DNA of 18,054 nucleotides from Octopus sinensis (taxonomy: Eukaryota). This document shows positions 8,988 through 18,054 of the stretch, piece after piece (position 1 is the first letter of the stretch; each line of letters begins with the position of its first letter). The DNA lies in NCBI RefSeq assembly GCF_006345805.1, contig NW_021824565.1, positions 1 to 18,054 on the forward strand, in the 5' to 3' direction. Position numbers and translations under genes: made by a program. Below the pieces are notes generated by a model, which had not been told where the DNA came from, searched no databases, and saw nothing but the letters and a program-made list of their open reading frames with translations.

Positions 8988-9299
8988 GTGGAGACGCAAT
9001 GGCCCATGGTTAGGGCAGCGGACTTGCAGTCGTAGGATCGCGGTTTCAATTCCCAGACCGGGCATTGTGAGTGTTTATTGAGCGAAAACACCTAAAGCGT
9101 CACGAGGCTCCAGTAGGGGGTGGTGGCGATCCTTGCTGTACACTTTCACCACAATTTTCTCTCACTCTTTCTTCTGTTGGCCTGCTCGCTTAGCCAGCGG
9201 GGTGGCGTCATTTGAAGGCTAAAACAATGCAAAGCGCATTGTGACCAGCGATGTGTAGCAACATCTGATAGCCTGGTCGGTCACGGTGATCACAGTGAT
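8988..9299 (+). mobile_element. tRNA-derived SINE, family F (head related to family E), in (TA)n
   Basis: TGGCCCATGGTTAG box A-like (9000), GGTTTCAATTCCC box B-like (9042), and TTGAGCGAAAACACC. TA runs flank both sides. Confidence 0.7.
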
Positions 9300-9315
9300 A
9301 TATATATATATATAT

Positions 9316-9715
9316 CATCATCACCATCATCATCACTTAATGTCTGTTGTCCATGCTGGCATGGGTTGGACAGTGTGACCAGAGCTGGTAACTGGGTGGG
9401 GGATGACTGCACCAGACTCCAGTTGATTTGACATGGTTTCTACGGCTTGATGCCCTTCCTAACGCCAACTTTACAGAGTGTGCCGGGTGCTTTTACGTGG
9501 CACTGCACGGGTGCTCTTACGTGACACGCCACATGGCTGCTTTTATGTGATGCTGCACGGACACTTTTGTGTGACACTGCACAGGAGCTTCCATGTAGCA
9601 CTTTTACGTGGAATTGCACAGACATGTTTATGTGGCACTGCCATGAACAAAAGGATTGGTCTTAACACTTCTGCTGCTGGTAGGGGGTCTTCTTGAGTAC
9701 GGCCAGGTGCCAGAC
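9316..9715 (-). mobile_element. Family C retroposon with (ATG)n tail and internal 24-bp minisatellite
   Basis: CCATGCTGGCATGGGTTGGAC and TGCCCTTCCTAACGCCAAC are shared with 12409 and 13950. Internal unit GGGTGCTTTTACGTGGCACTGCAC at 9485, 9509 and further degenerate copies. Confidence 0.85.
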
Positions 9716-9727
9716 ACACACACACAT

Positions 9728-9864
9728 GAAGTCAAATTTGCCTTTCATCTTTTCGGGGTCAATAACATAAGTACCAGTTACGTACAAGAGTCAATATAAT
9801 TGACTACATACCACCCCAAAAATTTCAGGCCTTGTGCCTTTAGTAGAAAATACTATTATTATTA

Positions 9865-9895
<31 letters not shown>

Positions 9896-9896
9896 A
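9728..9896 (+). mobile_element. Family B SINE, 5'-truncated, (ATT)n tail
   Basis: TTTGCCTTTCATCTTTTCGGGGTC...AAATTTCAGGCCTTGTGCCTTTAGTAGAAA followed by ATT repeats. Confidence 0.85.
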
Positions 9897-9902
9897 ATAA
9901 AC

Positions 9903-10103
9903 GTGGTATTTCGTCTGCCACTACGTTCTGAGTTCAAATACCGCCAAGGTCAACTTTGCCTTTCATCCTTTCAGGGTCAACGAAATAAATACCCGTTATG
10001 CATTGGGGTTCAATGTAATCTACTGGGCTGCCCTCCACTAAAAATTTCAGGACTTGTGCTTTTAGTAGAAATTATTATTATTTTATTATTATTATTATTA
10101 TTA
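9903..10103 (+). mobile_element. Family B SINE, tandem to the previous copy, (ATT)n tail
   Basis: Box B GAGTTCAAATACC, core CTTTGCCTTTCATCCTTTCAGGGTC, and end CTTGTGCTTTTAGTAGAAATTATT. Confidence 0.85.
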
Positions 10104-10299
10104 ATATAACAGGGGAAAGTAGGAAGAATGGTAGAATCGGTAAAACGATAGACAAAATGTCTTGTGACATACTAGAACTCATGGCAATTACACAAAATAA
10201 GATTTGGGTGTGAATTGCAGAGCATAGAGGATGAGGACTAAGATGTGGTTGAACGGAATGAACAACAGTTGGGTGGGGGGGAGGAATGAAGGTTTCTAT

Positions 10300-10490
10300 G
10301 AAAAAGAAAACCAAAAAAGAATAAAGAACAAATGAGAATTAGAAGTGAAGTAAAAACAAAAAAAAAAAACAAAAAAGGAAGAGGAAGGAAAGACAAAAAA
10401 GAAACAAAGGCAGAGAAGAAAGGAAAGAGATACTGACAGGTAGGAAGGCAGGTAGGTAGGTAGGTAGGCAGGTAGGTAGGTATGTAGGTG
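10300..10490. repeat. Purine-rich tract followed by (GGTA)n
   Basis: Direct reading. Confidence 0.75.
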
Positions 10491-10544
10491 TGTATATACA
10501 CCGATGTACACATCAACCTAAATAGATTTGCAGATGTACACAGA

Positions 10545-10586
10545 AGCATATCTGATATATACGTATACATACAAACACACACACAC

Positions 10587-10625
<39 letters not shown>

Positions 10626-10812
10626 GTATATATATATATATATATGTATGTACGCACACAGCAGGTATGAGGATGTATTACGTATACATGGATTCTTGAT
10701 GCGCATTTATAAATTTCATGTGCATATACATATATATATTACACACACACACAAACACAGGTACTTGTATTTGGTACGAATATGAGTATTTACATACATA
10801 TATATATATATA
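10545..10812. repeat. (TA)/(CA) microsatellites
   Basis: Direct reading. Confidence 0.85.
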
Positions 10813-11017
10813 AACCGATATAAACAACAGACTGCAATGTTTTACCAAAAAGGAAAACTATAATTGTCCCTCAATGTGACCAGGGTGTTAGAAACACCTA
10901 CATTGCTAGAAATAAGAGCTCAAATGCTCTAATGCTGTAGTCAATGCACTCAACTGTATACATATACACTGACAGGGATTATAATTGCCCAAAAAAAAAT
11001 TGACTGAGAATTCCTGC

Positions 11018-11034
11018 ATATATATATATATGTG

Positions 11035-11075
<41 letters not shown>

Positions 11076-11172
11076 ATGTATATATACGTGTGTGTGTATA
11101 TATGTGTGTGTATATATGTGTGTGTATATATGTGTGTGTATATATATGTGTGTGTGTGTGTGTGTGTATGTG
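11018..11172. repeat. (TA)n then (TG)/(TA) compound microsatellite
   Basis: Direct reading. Confidence 0.9.
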
Positions 11173-11182
11173 ACCGCGTGTG

Positions 11183-11385
11183 TACCGTTGGCAGTTTTTT
11201 TCCTCCATCTTCCCTTCTCTGGATCTTTCTTTTTCCTATGTTTCTGACGAAGTGCTTCCCTCGAAACATAAAACTCTCCTTCTACCCTTCCTTCCTGAGC
11301 GTCCAATAATACTATATTTGTTCCACGTCCTCGCATTGTTGTGTTTTCTCTTGGTGTTTTCATGTTTGGATTAACTTTATATATA
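11183..11385 (+). mobile_element. Hammerhead-bearing repeat, probable Penelope-like terminal repeat; copy 1
   Basis: GTTT-CTGACGA-AGTGCTTCCCTC-GAAAC-ATA-AAAC at 11240-11274. Homologous over about 170 bp to the inverted copy at 11440-11605. Ends in (TA)n. Confidence 0.65.
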
Positions 11386-11439
11386 TATTTGTATATGTAT
11401 ATATTTATCATTAATCCCCAAAAAAGAGAGAAAAAGCGC

Positions 11440-11605
11440 AAGTAAAAAAAAACAACGCAAGGACATGGTACATGCAAAGTATCAATAAGACACTCAGAGA
11501 AGGGAAGAAAGAGGGTTTTACATTTCGAGCAAAGCTCTTCTCCAGAAACAGGAGACAGAAGAAAGTCCAAAAGAAAAGGAAGACGAAGGGAAAAAAATCA
11601 CTAAC
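11440..11605 (-). mobile_element. Hammerhead-bearing repeat; copy 2, inverted and more diverged
   Basis: Minus strand GTTT-CTGGAGA-AGAGCTTTGCTC-GAAAT-GTA-AAAC at 11549-11515. Confidence 0.6.
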
Positions 11606-11987
11606 ATGCAGCCATGCTGGAGCAATGCCCTACATGGTTTTAGTCAAAAAAAATCAACCCCAGGTCTTTTATTCTTTGTAAACCTAGCACTTATTCTATT
11701 GGTCTCTTTTGACGACCCACTATGTTACAGGGACATAATCACACCAGCATTGACTGTCAAGTGAGGGGGAGAGAGACAAACACACACACACATAGGTATA
11801 TACACAGACACACACACATATATACGACAGAGCTTCTTTCAGTTTCCACTTGCCGAATCCACTCACAAGGCTTTGGTTTGCCCGAGACTATAGTAGAAGA
11901 CACTTGCCCAAGGTGCAACTCAGTGGGACTGAACCCGGAACCATGTGGTTGGGAAGTAAGCTTCTTACCACACAGCCATGCCTGCAC
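11606..11987 (-). mobile_element. Family A SINE lacking its last ~25 bp
   Basis: Colinear with 3510-3885 from GCCATGCTGGAGCA to CCACACAGCCATGCCTGCAC. Confidence 0.85.
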
Positions 11988-12408
11988 ACAGACACACACA
12001 CACACACAGATATATACACAAACACAGAGAAAGAGTTAGTAGGAGACAGAAAAAGACAGACAGACACAGAACTAAAAATACCTCAGCAGTTACACAAGGA
12101 ACTATAGTATCATACCATCAAACTTCTATTACATATGCTTCAATAACAAACCAGATTAAAATACCCAAAACAGCAGTAATAGAGCTGGTTCTATTACTAC
12201 TGTTAGAGCACTTCAGTCTGGATTTCATATCAGCATACGCAACAGAGGTTTGAAAAGTGCTTCAGCATGAAACTCTAGCTTCTTGAGTAACTCCAAAGGA
12301 TTATCAGCAAATGAAAATAATATAACATATACTGCCTGCCTGCTTTACATGTGGAATGATCTTTCTCCATTCTGTTACAGCAAATATCATATTATATATA
12401 TATATATG

Positions 12409-12439
<31 letters not shown>

Positions 12440-12772
12440 TTATCATCCGCTTTCCATGCTAGCATGGGTTGGACGGTTCAACTGGGATCTGGGAAGCCAG
12501 AAGGCTGCACCATGCCCAGTCTGATCTGGCAATGTTTCTACGGCTGGATGCCCTTCCTAACGCCAACCACTCCGTGAGTGTAGTGGATGCTTTTTACGTG
12601 CCAGGCAAGGCTGGCAAACGGCCACGATCAGAGGGTGCTTTTTACGTGCCACCAGCACGGGGGCCAGGCGAGGCTGGCAACAGCCACGTTCGGAATGGTT
12701 TGCTTACGTGCCACCGGCACTGGTATCACACAGCTACAATTTCCATTGATGTGATCGATTTCGATTTTGATT
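12409..12772 (-). mobile_element. Family C retroposon with (ATG)n tail and internal repeats
   Basis: Highly similar to 13950-14148 over about 200 bp. TTACGTGCCA recurs three times in 12593-12720. Confidence 0.9.
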
Positions 12773-12800
12773 CTTATATATATATATATATATTATATAT

Positions 12801-12831
<31 letters not shown>

Positions 12832-12849
12832 TTTGATTTAGATATATAA

Positions 12850-13510
12850 AATATATAACCAGCAAATATATATATAAGTCCAGCAAAATTTAGATCAATT
12901 GAATATGGTACTTAAGTCAGAGACACCAGAATTTTGTATGGTATTATCCATATAAATCCATAGGGGTGATTATAATCAAAATAAGCAACAAATATATCTT
13001 CGGTAATTTGGTACGATCGTTTCATGCTACCTCATTTTATTAAACATTGTAAGTATTACATCAGTTTTAAAATGTTGAGCAATCTTCAGCCATTTATAGA
13101 AGTCTTCCATCAAACGGACAATACATATACTTATTTCCATTTCGTTTGCCAACATTATAAAGAGGGTAGATATACAGACAGAGAGGTTGATTTGATTGTT
13201 AAGAACATGATAGTATTAAAGTTTATCTTCTGACTATAGTCAAAAGATAAACTTTAATATATTCAATGCTTTCTTCCAAGGAATCTAATGGTCTTAGCTT
13301 AGTTTTTCCTTGGGGCTGGCCAGATTGGAGGAATCTCAAGATTAATCAGCCGAAACTGTGAGGATGATCCAGTTCTTGACTGAGAATAGAAAGCTTCGAA
13401 TGACCTGTCCTTGTTTTTTTTGTATTGTCTATCTGGATGTTTTGTTGTCCCTGTTTGTATCACCTAGTTGTCCGGATGTTTTGCATTCTTGTCCCATTTT
13501 GTATTTTATA
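12850..13510. mobile_element. Unclassified (TA)n-bounded segment with an internal 46-bp palindrome; probable transposon remnant
   Basis: TA runs at both ends. Palindrome TATTAAAGTTTATCTTCTGACTA|TAGTCAAAAGATAAACTTTAATA at 13214-13259 has one mismatch. Single copy in the window, so repeat status is not shown here. Confidence 0.4.
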
Positions 13511-13949
13511 TATATATACATACACACACACACACACACATATTCACACATACACATGTGGACACAAACACATACACACACACATGGAATCCATTCAATT
13601 TGTAGTTAAAAAAAATGAATTAAAAAATCTGTACATCAAATTGAATAGATCCCACACGTACAATATAACTATATTTATTTACATTAAATATAAGGATAAA
13701 ACCTATGTAAGAATTTATCAAGTAGCCAGCACGAAAAAACCAGTTCAAGTAAAAACTAATACAAAATATATAATTATTCCCTTTAAATATAAATACATTC
13801 GTTATATTAAGGGCTATGACTACATGGAGAGGCAACTTCCAAGCTAAATTCCCGGCTTTCAGTTCCATGTATATTTATTAATGTAGTTTTGACTTAAAGA
13901 ATCTCTTACAGCGTGAGGCATTTACGTGTAGTGATAGGCCATAATATAT

Positions 13950-14148
13950 CATCATCATCATCATCGTTTAACGTCCGCTTTCCATGCTAGCATGGGTTGG
14001 ACGGTTCAACTGGGGTCTGGGAAGCCCGAAGGCTGCACCAGGCCAGTCATATCTGGCGGTGTTTCTACAGCTGGATGCCCTTCCTAACGCCAACCACTCC
14101 GTGAGTGTAATGGGTGCTTTTTATGTGCCACCGACACAGGTGCCAGAC
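13950..14148 (-). mobile_element. Family C retroposon 3' part, well conserved
   Basis: CATCATCGTTTAACGTCCGCTTTCCATGCTAGCATGGGTTGGACGG...GGATGCCCTTCCTAACGCCAACCACTCC. Confidence 0.9.
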
Positions 14149-14154
14149 AAAAAA

Positions 14155-14163
14155 GATATATAT

Positions 14164-14210
<47 letters not shown>
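14155..14210. repeat. (TA)n microsatellite
   Basis: Direct reading. Confidence 0.95.
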
Positions 14211-14214
<4 letters not shown>

Positions 14215-14474
14215 ACAGCACAATTCATTTATACTCACTCAAAGAGAGAGGTGGGGACATATCTCTGGGACCTCACTGTTGACCTTATGTGCAAGAAGGG
14301 AACACCCTGGGGTACGTGGAGAGGGGTAGATGTACAGGCGATGAGTACAGCAGAATAAACTGGCAGCTCACTCTCTACTCTGAATTATTTTAAAAAGTGT
14401 TCAAAACAAAAACAGAAAAGAAACAAAACTAATAAAATGATGTGAAGGTCACAGCTGGATAGCCTTCGATCTGG

Positions 14475-14852
14475 CGGCGGCGGTGGTGGTGGTGGGGAGT
14501 GGTCCGAAGCAACAATAGTAACATCATCATCATCATCATCATCATCAACACCACCACCATTACCAGTACTATGAACTAAATTGCTAGTTGCAACAGCAAT
14601 ATCATCACAACTGCCTTGAATATAATACCACTACCACCACCACCACCACCACCACCACCACCACCATCGCTACAATAACACGTGACATCCTCACCCCCAC
14701 CCCACCACATGATGGTATCAACAATATCAGTGACACACTTCCACACGCCAGCAGCAATCAGAACAACAGCAACGGTATCAGTAAGACACACACACATGCA
14801 AATACACACACACACACACCACAAGCATATATACATACCATTTGAAAGACAT

Positions 14853-14897
<45 letters not shown>

Positions 14898-15030
14898 ATA
14901 AGGGAAACACACACAACAGTATACACACACATACCATCAACACTATACACATATTGTCAACACCACACACACCCATACACAGCCAACACCACACACCACA
15001 CACACCATCAATGTCACTATCACCAATCAA
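14475..15030. repeat. Mixed (GGT), (CAT), (CAC), (CA), (TA) low-complexity region
   Basis: Direct reading. Confidence 0.8.
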
Positions 15031-15116
15031 TACATTAATAGACTATACCGTCACTCAACCTGCTAAAAACAACAGCCAAACAACCTTCAAATCACATATA
15101 CAACTGTCTTAAAATC

Positions 15117-15217
<101 letters not shown>

Positions 15218-15365
15218 CCTTTTCTACTACAGACTCAAGGACTGAAGTTAAATATATGCCCCCCCCCCCCCCCCCATGTTTAAGTGCTGTTTCTATTCTA
15301 TTGACCCTCAAAACCAAAGTCAATCATGATATGATTTGAACTCAGAAAGTAAAACTGGAAGAAAT
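15218..15365 (-). mobile_element. Family B SINE, degraded, with internal poly-C
   Basis: CCTTTTCTACTACAGACTCAAGG...TTGACCCTCAAAA...ATTTGAACTCAGAA. Confidence 0.65.
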
Positions 15366-15383
15366 TAATGATAATAATAATAA

Positions 15384-15590
15384 TGGTTTTAAATTTTGCC
15401 ACAATGGCACCAATTTTCGGGGAAGGGGATAAGTTGATTTCATCGACTCCAGTGTGTCACTGGTGCTTAATTTATCAAACCCCACCCCACACACACACCT
15501 GAAAGGATGAAAGGTAAAGTTGACCTCAGCAGAATTTGAACTCAGAAAATACCGACAGGTGAAATACTGCTAAGCATTTTGTCGAGCATC
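15384..15590 (-). mobile_element. Family B SINE, variant tail
   Basis: GAAAGGATGAAAGGTAAAGTTGACCTCAGCAGAATTTGAACTCAGAA...AAATACTGCTAAGCATTTT. Confidence 0.8.
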
Positions 15591-15970
15591 TCCCTTAGTG
15601 GCTGACGATATATGCATCTGTGATCATGAGCAGAAGTAGTGGCGGAGTATCATAGCCATGTGTTGAGAAGAATTCTTTGGGGTTTGAATAATTCACCTTC
15701 AGAAACATGGGTGCTTTGTTCATCCTCCTTGAACAACCCTTATACAGGGACTTTTTGAGTGGGATGGGCTACTCAACATGAAGAAAATTTTAACTGGGCC
15801 CCACCTGTAAGGTCATGTGCTGTTTATCTTCATATAAGATCACCACGTCGCGCACATATGGTTGTGATGTAGGTGCCTGGTGTACCCTTATCAGACGGGT
15901 AGTCACCTTGATGGCATGCACTGCTCTCTCACTCAATAACAATAATAATAATACTAATAATAATAATAGC
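15591..15970 (+). mobile_element. Unclassified retroposon-like fragment ending in an (AAT)n tail
   Basis: GC-richer 340-bp block ending CTCTCTCACTC plus (AAT)n. Recognised from memory as a common octopus repeat; single copy here. Confidence 0.4.
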
Positions 15971-15972
15971 AA

Positions 15973-16109
15973 TCTTTTCTACGAAAGGCACAAGGCCTGG
16001 ATTTTGTGGGGGTGGGGGCCAGTCAATTATATTGAGCCCAATATGTAACTGGTACTTAATTTATCGACCTCAAAAGGATGAAAGGTAATGTTGACCTCAA
16101 CGGAATTTA
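15973..16109 (-). mobile_element. Family B SINE lacking its head
   Basis: CTTTTCTACGAAAGGCACAAGGCCTG...TTTATCGACCTCAAAAGGATGAAAGG...CGGAATTT, broken where the next copy's tail begins. Confidence 0.85.
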
Positions 16110-16111
16110 CT

Positions 16112-16318
16112 CCTTTCTACTAAAGGCACAAGGGCTGAAATTTGGGGGAGCGGGACAGTCGATCACATCGACCCCTCTGTACTTGACTCATACTTCCTTT
16201 ATAGACACCGAAAAGATGAAAGGCAAAGTCAGCCACAGCAAATTTGAACTCAGAATGTAAAGACAGATGCTAAGCATTTTACCCATTGCAGTAACAAATC
16301 TGCCAGCACACCACCTTA
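16112..16318 (-). mobile_element. Family B SINE, near full length
   Basis: From tail CCTTTCTACTAAAGGCACAAG to head CTGCCAGCACACCACCTTA; box B as ATTTGAACTC. Confidence 0.85.
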
Positions 16319-16348
16319 ATAATAATAGTAATAATAATAATAATAGTA

Positions 16349-16407
<59 letters not shown>

Positions 16408-16593
16408 CTTCCTACTGATGACACAAGGCTTGAAATTTGTCGGGAGGGAACTAGCCGATTACATCGACCCCAGGATTTCAAGATGCTAGGCAAAGTCAAC
16501 CTTGGTGGAATTTGAACTCAGAATGTCGCGACAGACGAAATTCTGTTGAGTATTTTGTTCAGCATGCAAAAGATTCTGCAGATCACCACCTTA
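16319..16593 (-). mobile_element. Family B SINE with internal deletion; (AAT)n tail at 16319-16407
   Basis: CTTCCTACTGATGACACAAGGCTTGAAATTT...GGAATTTGAACTCAGAA...GATCACCACCTTA. Confidence 0.8.
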
Positions 16594-16622
16594 ACAACAA
16601 CAACAACAACAACAACAATAAT

Positions 16623-17020
16623 AGGCACAGGAGTGGTTGTGTGGTACATAGCTTGCTTACCAACCACATGGTTCCGGGTTCAGTGCAACTGCGTGGCATC
16701 TTAAGCATGTGTCTTCTACTATAGCCCCGGGCTGACCAAAGCCTTGTGAGCGGATTTGGTAGATGGAAACTGAAAGAAGCCCGTCGTATATATGCATATA
16801 TATGTATGTGTATGTATGTGTGTATATGTTTGTCTCCCCCAACATTGCTTGACAACCGATGCTGGTGTGTTTATGCCCCTGTAACTTAGCGGTTTGGCAA
16901 AAGTGATCGATAGGATAAGTACTGGGCTTACAAAGAATAAGTCCCGGGGTTGATTTGCTCGGCTAAAGGTGGTGCTCCAGCATGGCCACAGTCAAGTGAC
17001 TGAAACAAGTAAAAGAGTAA
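16623..17020 (+). mobile_element. Family A SINE, full length, possible 7-bp TSD AATAATA
   Basis: Aligns end to end with 3482-3885. AATAATA occurs immediately before the head and overlapping the tail, but it is low complexity. Confidence 0.9.
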
Positions 17021-17034
17021 TAATAAAGAACATG

Positions 17035-17212
17035 CGCAGTAGATAATGTAATCCAAGGTAGACTATGTCTGCCAACGAAAACCAAAAAAAGAAAAAGAAA
17101 AAAACCAACAAAAATATGATGATCAGGATTGAAACACCTTTGATCCTAGTCAGGTCTGCTTAATCAGATTTGAATCAAGGCTAAATAACAACAACAACAA
17201 CAACAACAACAT
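17035..17212 (+). mobile_element. Family D retroposon 3' fragment with (AAC)n tail
   Basis: AGATAATGTAA(T)CC is shared with 8916-8928; CTTTGATC...GGCTAAATAACAACAAC resembles 6777-6840. Confidence 0.45.
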
Positions 17213-17624
17213 CATCTTCAGTGAGAGATACATACATACACACACATACACATACGCCCCCTGCTCTGATTGCAAACTATTTCTCCACTCCCCACCACCC
17301 CATCCTGCTGCTGTGTGTTTTTTAGACTATTCAAGGCCTAAACCGTGTGACACCATTTCACAACATTACTCCAGTTCCTCTCTATCAACACATGTCATGG
17401 CGAATATCTAGTGAGACTGATTACTGTACAAGGCTTACAGACTCAACAAACACCATATAATGAAGTTTCCTAGACACACACACACTTATGTAGAGGGAAA
17501 GGCATAGTGCCAAGGAGCATGTTCTCTGGCACTAAGCCTTTTACTATATATATATATCTGTGTGTGTGTATAAAAATTTATTTGTATGTATGCATACACG
17601 TATATGCACACATTTACATACATA

Positions 17625-17913
17625 CATGGTGGTTGTCTATTCCTTATGCAGATTTTGACCGCCTCCTGTACCTACATCTTAGAACCATCATGGCATCACA
17701 TGTGGCTTTTTAAACCAGACAATATTTTTGAAAAGACACCTACATAGATTGCACATCTGATTTGGAACACCACCAAGAGCTGCAGATAAGTTCTGATCTT
17801 TGTGGATCTTCAAGTGTCTTTTGCGGCCTCTGTTAGATTTGCAAACCTTCTGGCATGCATTGCATTGAAAGGTGTGCACAGACATATAAGTAGAATAGTT
17901 GGTGGAGGTTCGT
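17625..17913 (-). mobile_element. 5'-truncated non-LTR retrotransposon 3' end (probably RTE-like) with a 12-bp TSD
   Basis: TTTACATACATA at 17613-17624 and 17914-17925 flanks the segment exactly. It contains an ORF C-terminus, a short 3' UTR and an (ATGT) tail unit. Confidence 0.75.
17690..17864 (-). pseudogene. Two tandem C2H2 zinc fingers, the second disabled
   Basis: Finger 1 is CNAC-QKVCKSNRGRKR-HLKIH (C-x2-C-x12-H-x3-H, 17864-17802). Finger 2 is CNLC-RCLFKNIV/GLKS-HM*CH after removing one base, with an in-frame TGA at 17698-17696. Confidence 0.8.
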
Positions 17914-17942
17914 TTTACATACATATATACACACATGCATAT

Positions 17943-18054
17943 ACAGGAGCGGTTGTGTGGTAAGTAGCTTGCTTACCAACTACATGGTTCTGGGTTCAGT
18001 CCCACTGCGTGACACCTTGGGCAAGTGTCTTCTACTATAGCCTCAGGCCAACCA
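17943..18054 (+). mobile_element. Family A SINE head (runs off the window)
   Basis: AGGAGCGGTTGTGTGGTAAGTAGCTTGCTTACCAAC...GGGTTCAGTCCCACTGCGTGACACCTTGGGCAAG. Confidence 0.9.

Noticed and set aside
13314-13365. GGCTG...CAGCC-GAAA stem suggesting a third hammerhead
   Set aside because: No CUGANGA-like core precedes the stem (TTCCTTGG).
13575-13870. Overlapping 80-90 codon ORFs on both strands; possible mitochondrial insertion
   Set aside because: Neither peptide shows motifs I recognise from mitochondrial or nuclear proteins, and the composition mirrors the AT-rich background.
14235-14360. GC-richer island with possible minus-strand splice sites
   Set aside because: The peptide is short and unrecognised and alternative frames are equally plausible; not supportable without RNA data.

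Overview
Eukaryotic, AT-rich, repeat-saturated non-coding DNA (intron or intergenic). The SINE families and microsatellite load look like an octopus genome; this is recognised from memory, not from a search. I find no intact gene, tRNA, rRNA or CRISPR array, and almost all ORFs in the supplied track are translations of (CA)/(TA)/(CAT)/(CAC)/(AAT) repeats. The window holds about 25 copies or fragments of several short retroposon families (labelled A-F here), a 49-bp minisatellite, a CAT/CAC higher-order minisatellite and many microsatellites. Four structures stand out. (1) A 277-bp palindrome (4870-5146) in which each arm carries a minimal type I hammerhead-ribozyme fold with a swapped G3:C8 core. 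(2) A second, unrelated inverted pair of repeats with a canonical-type hammerhead core (11183-11605). (3) A fold-back inverted duplication inside a SINE (2538-2964), part of which is also copied 2.36 kb away. (4) A 289-bp 5'-truncated LINE-like insertion with a 12-bp target-site duplication that encodes two decayed C2H2 zinc fingers (17625-17913). Boundaries of degraded repeats are approximate.
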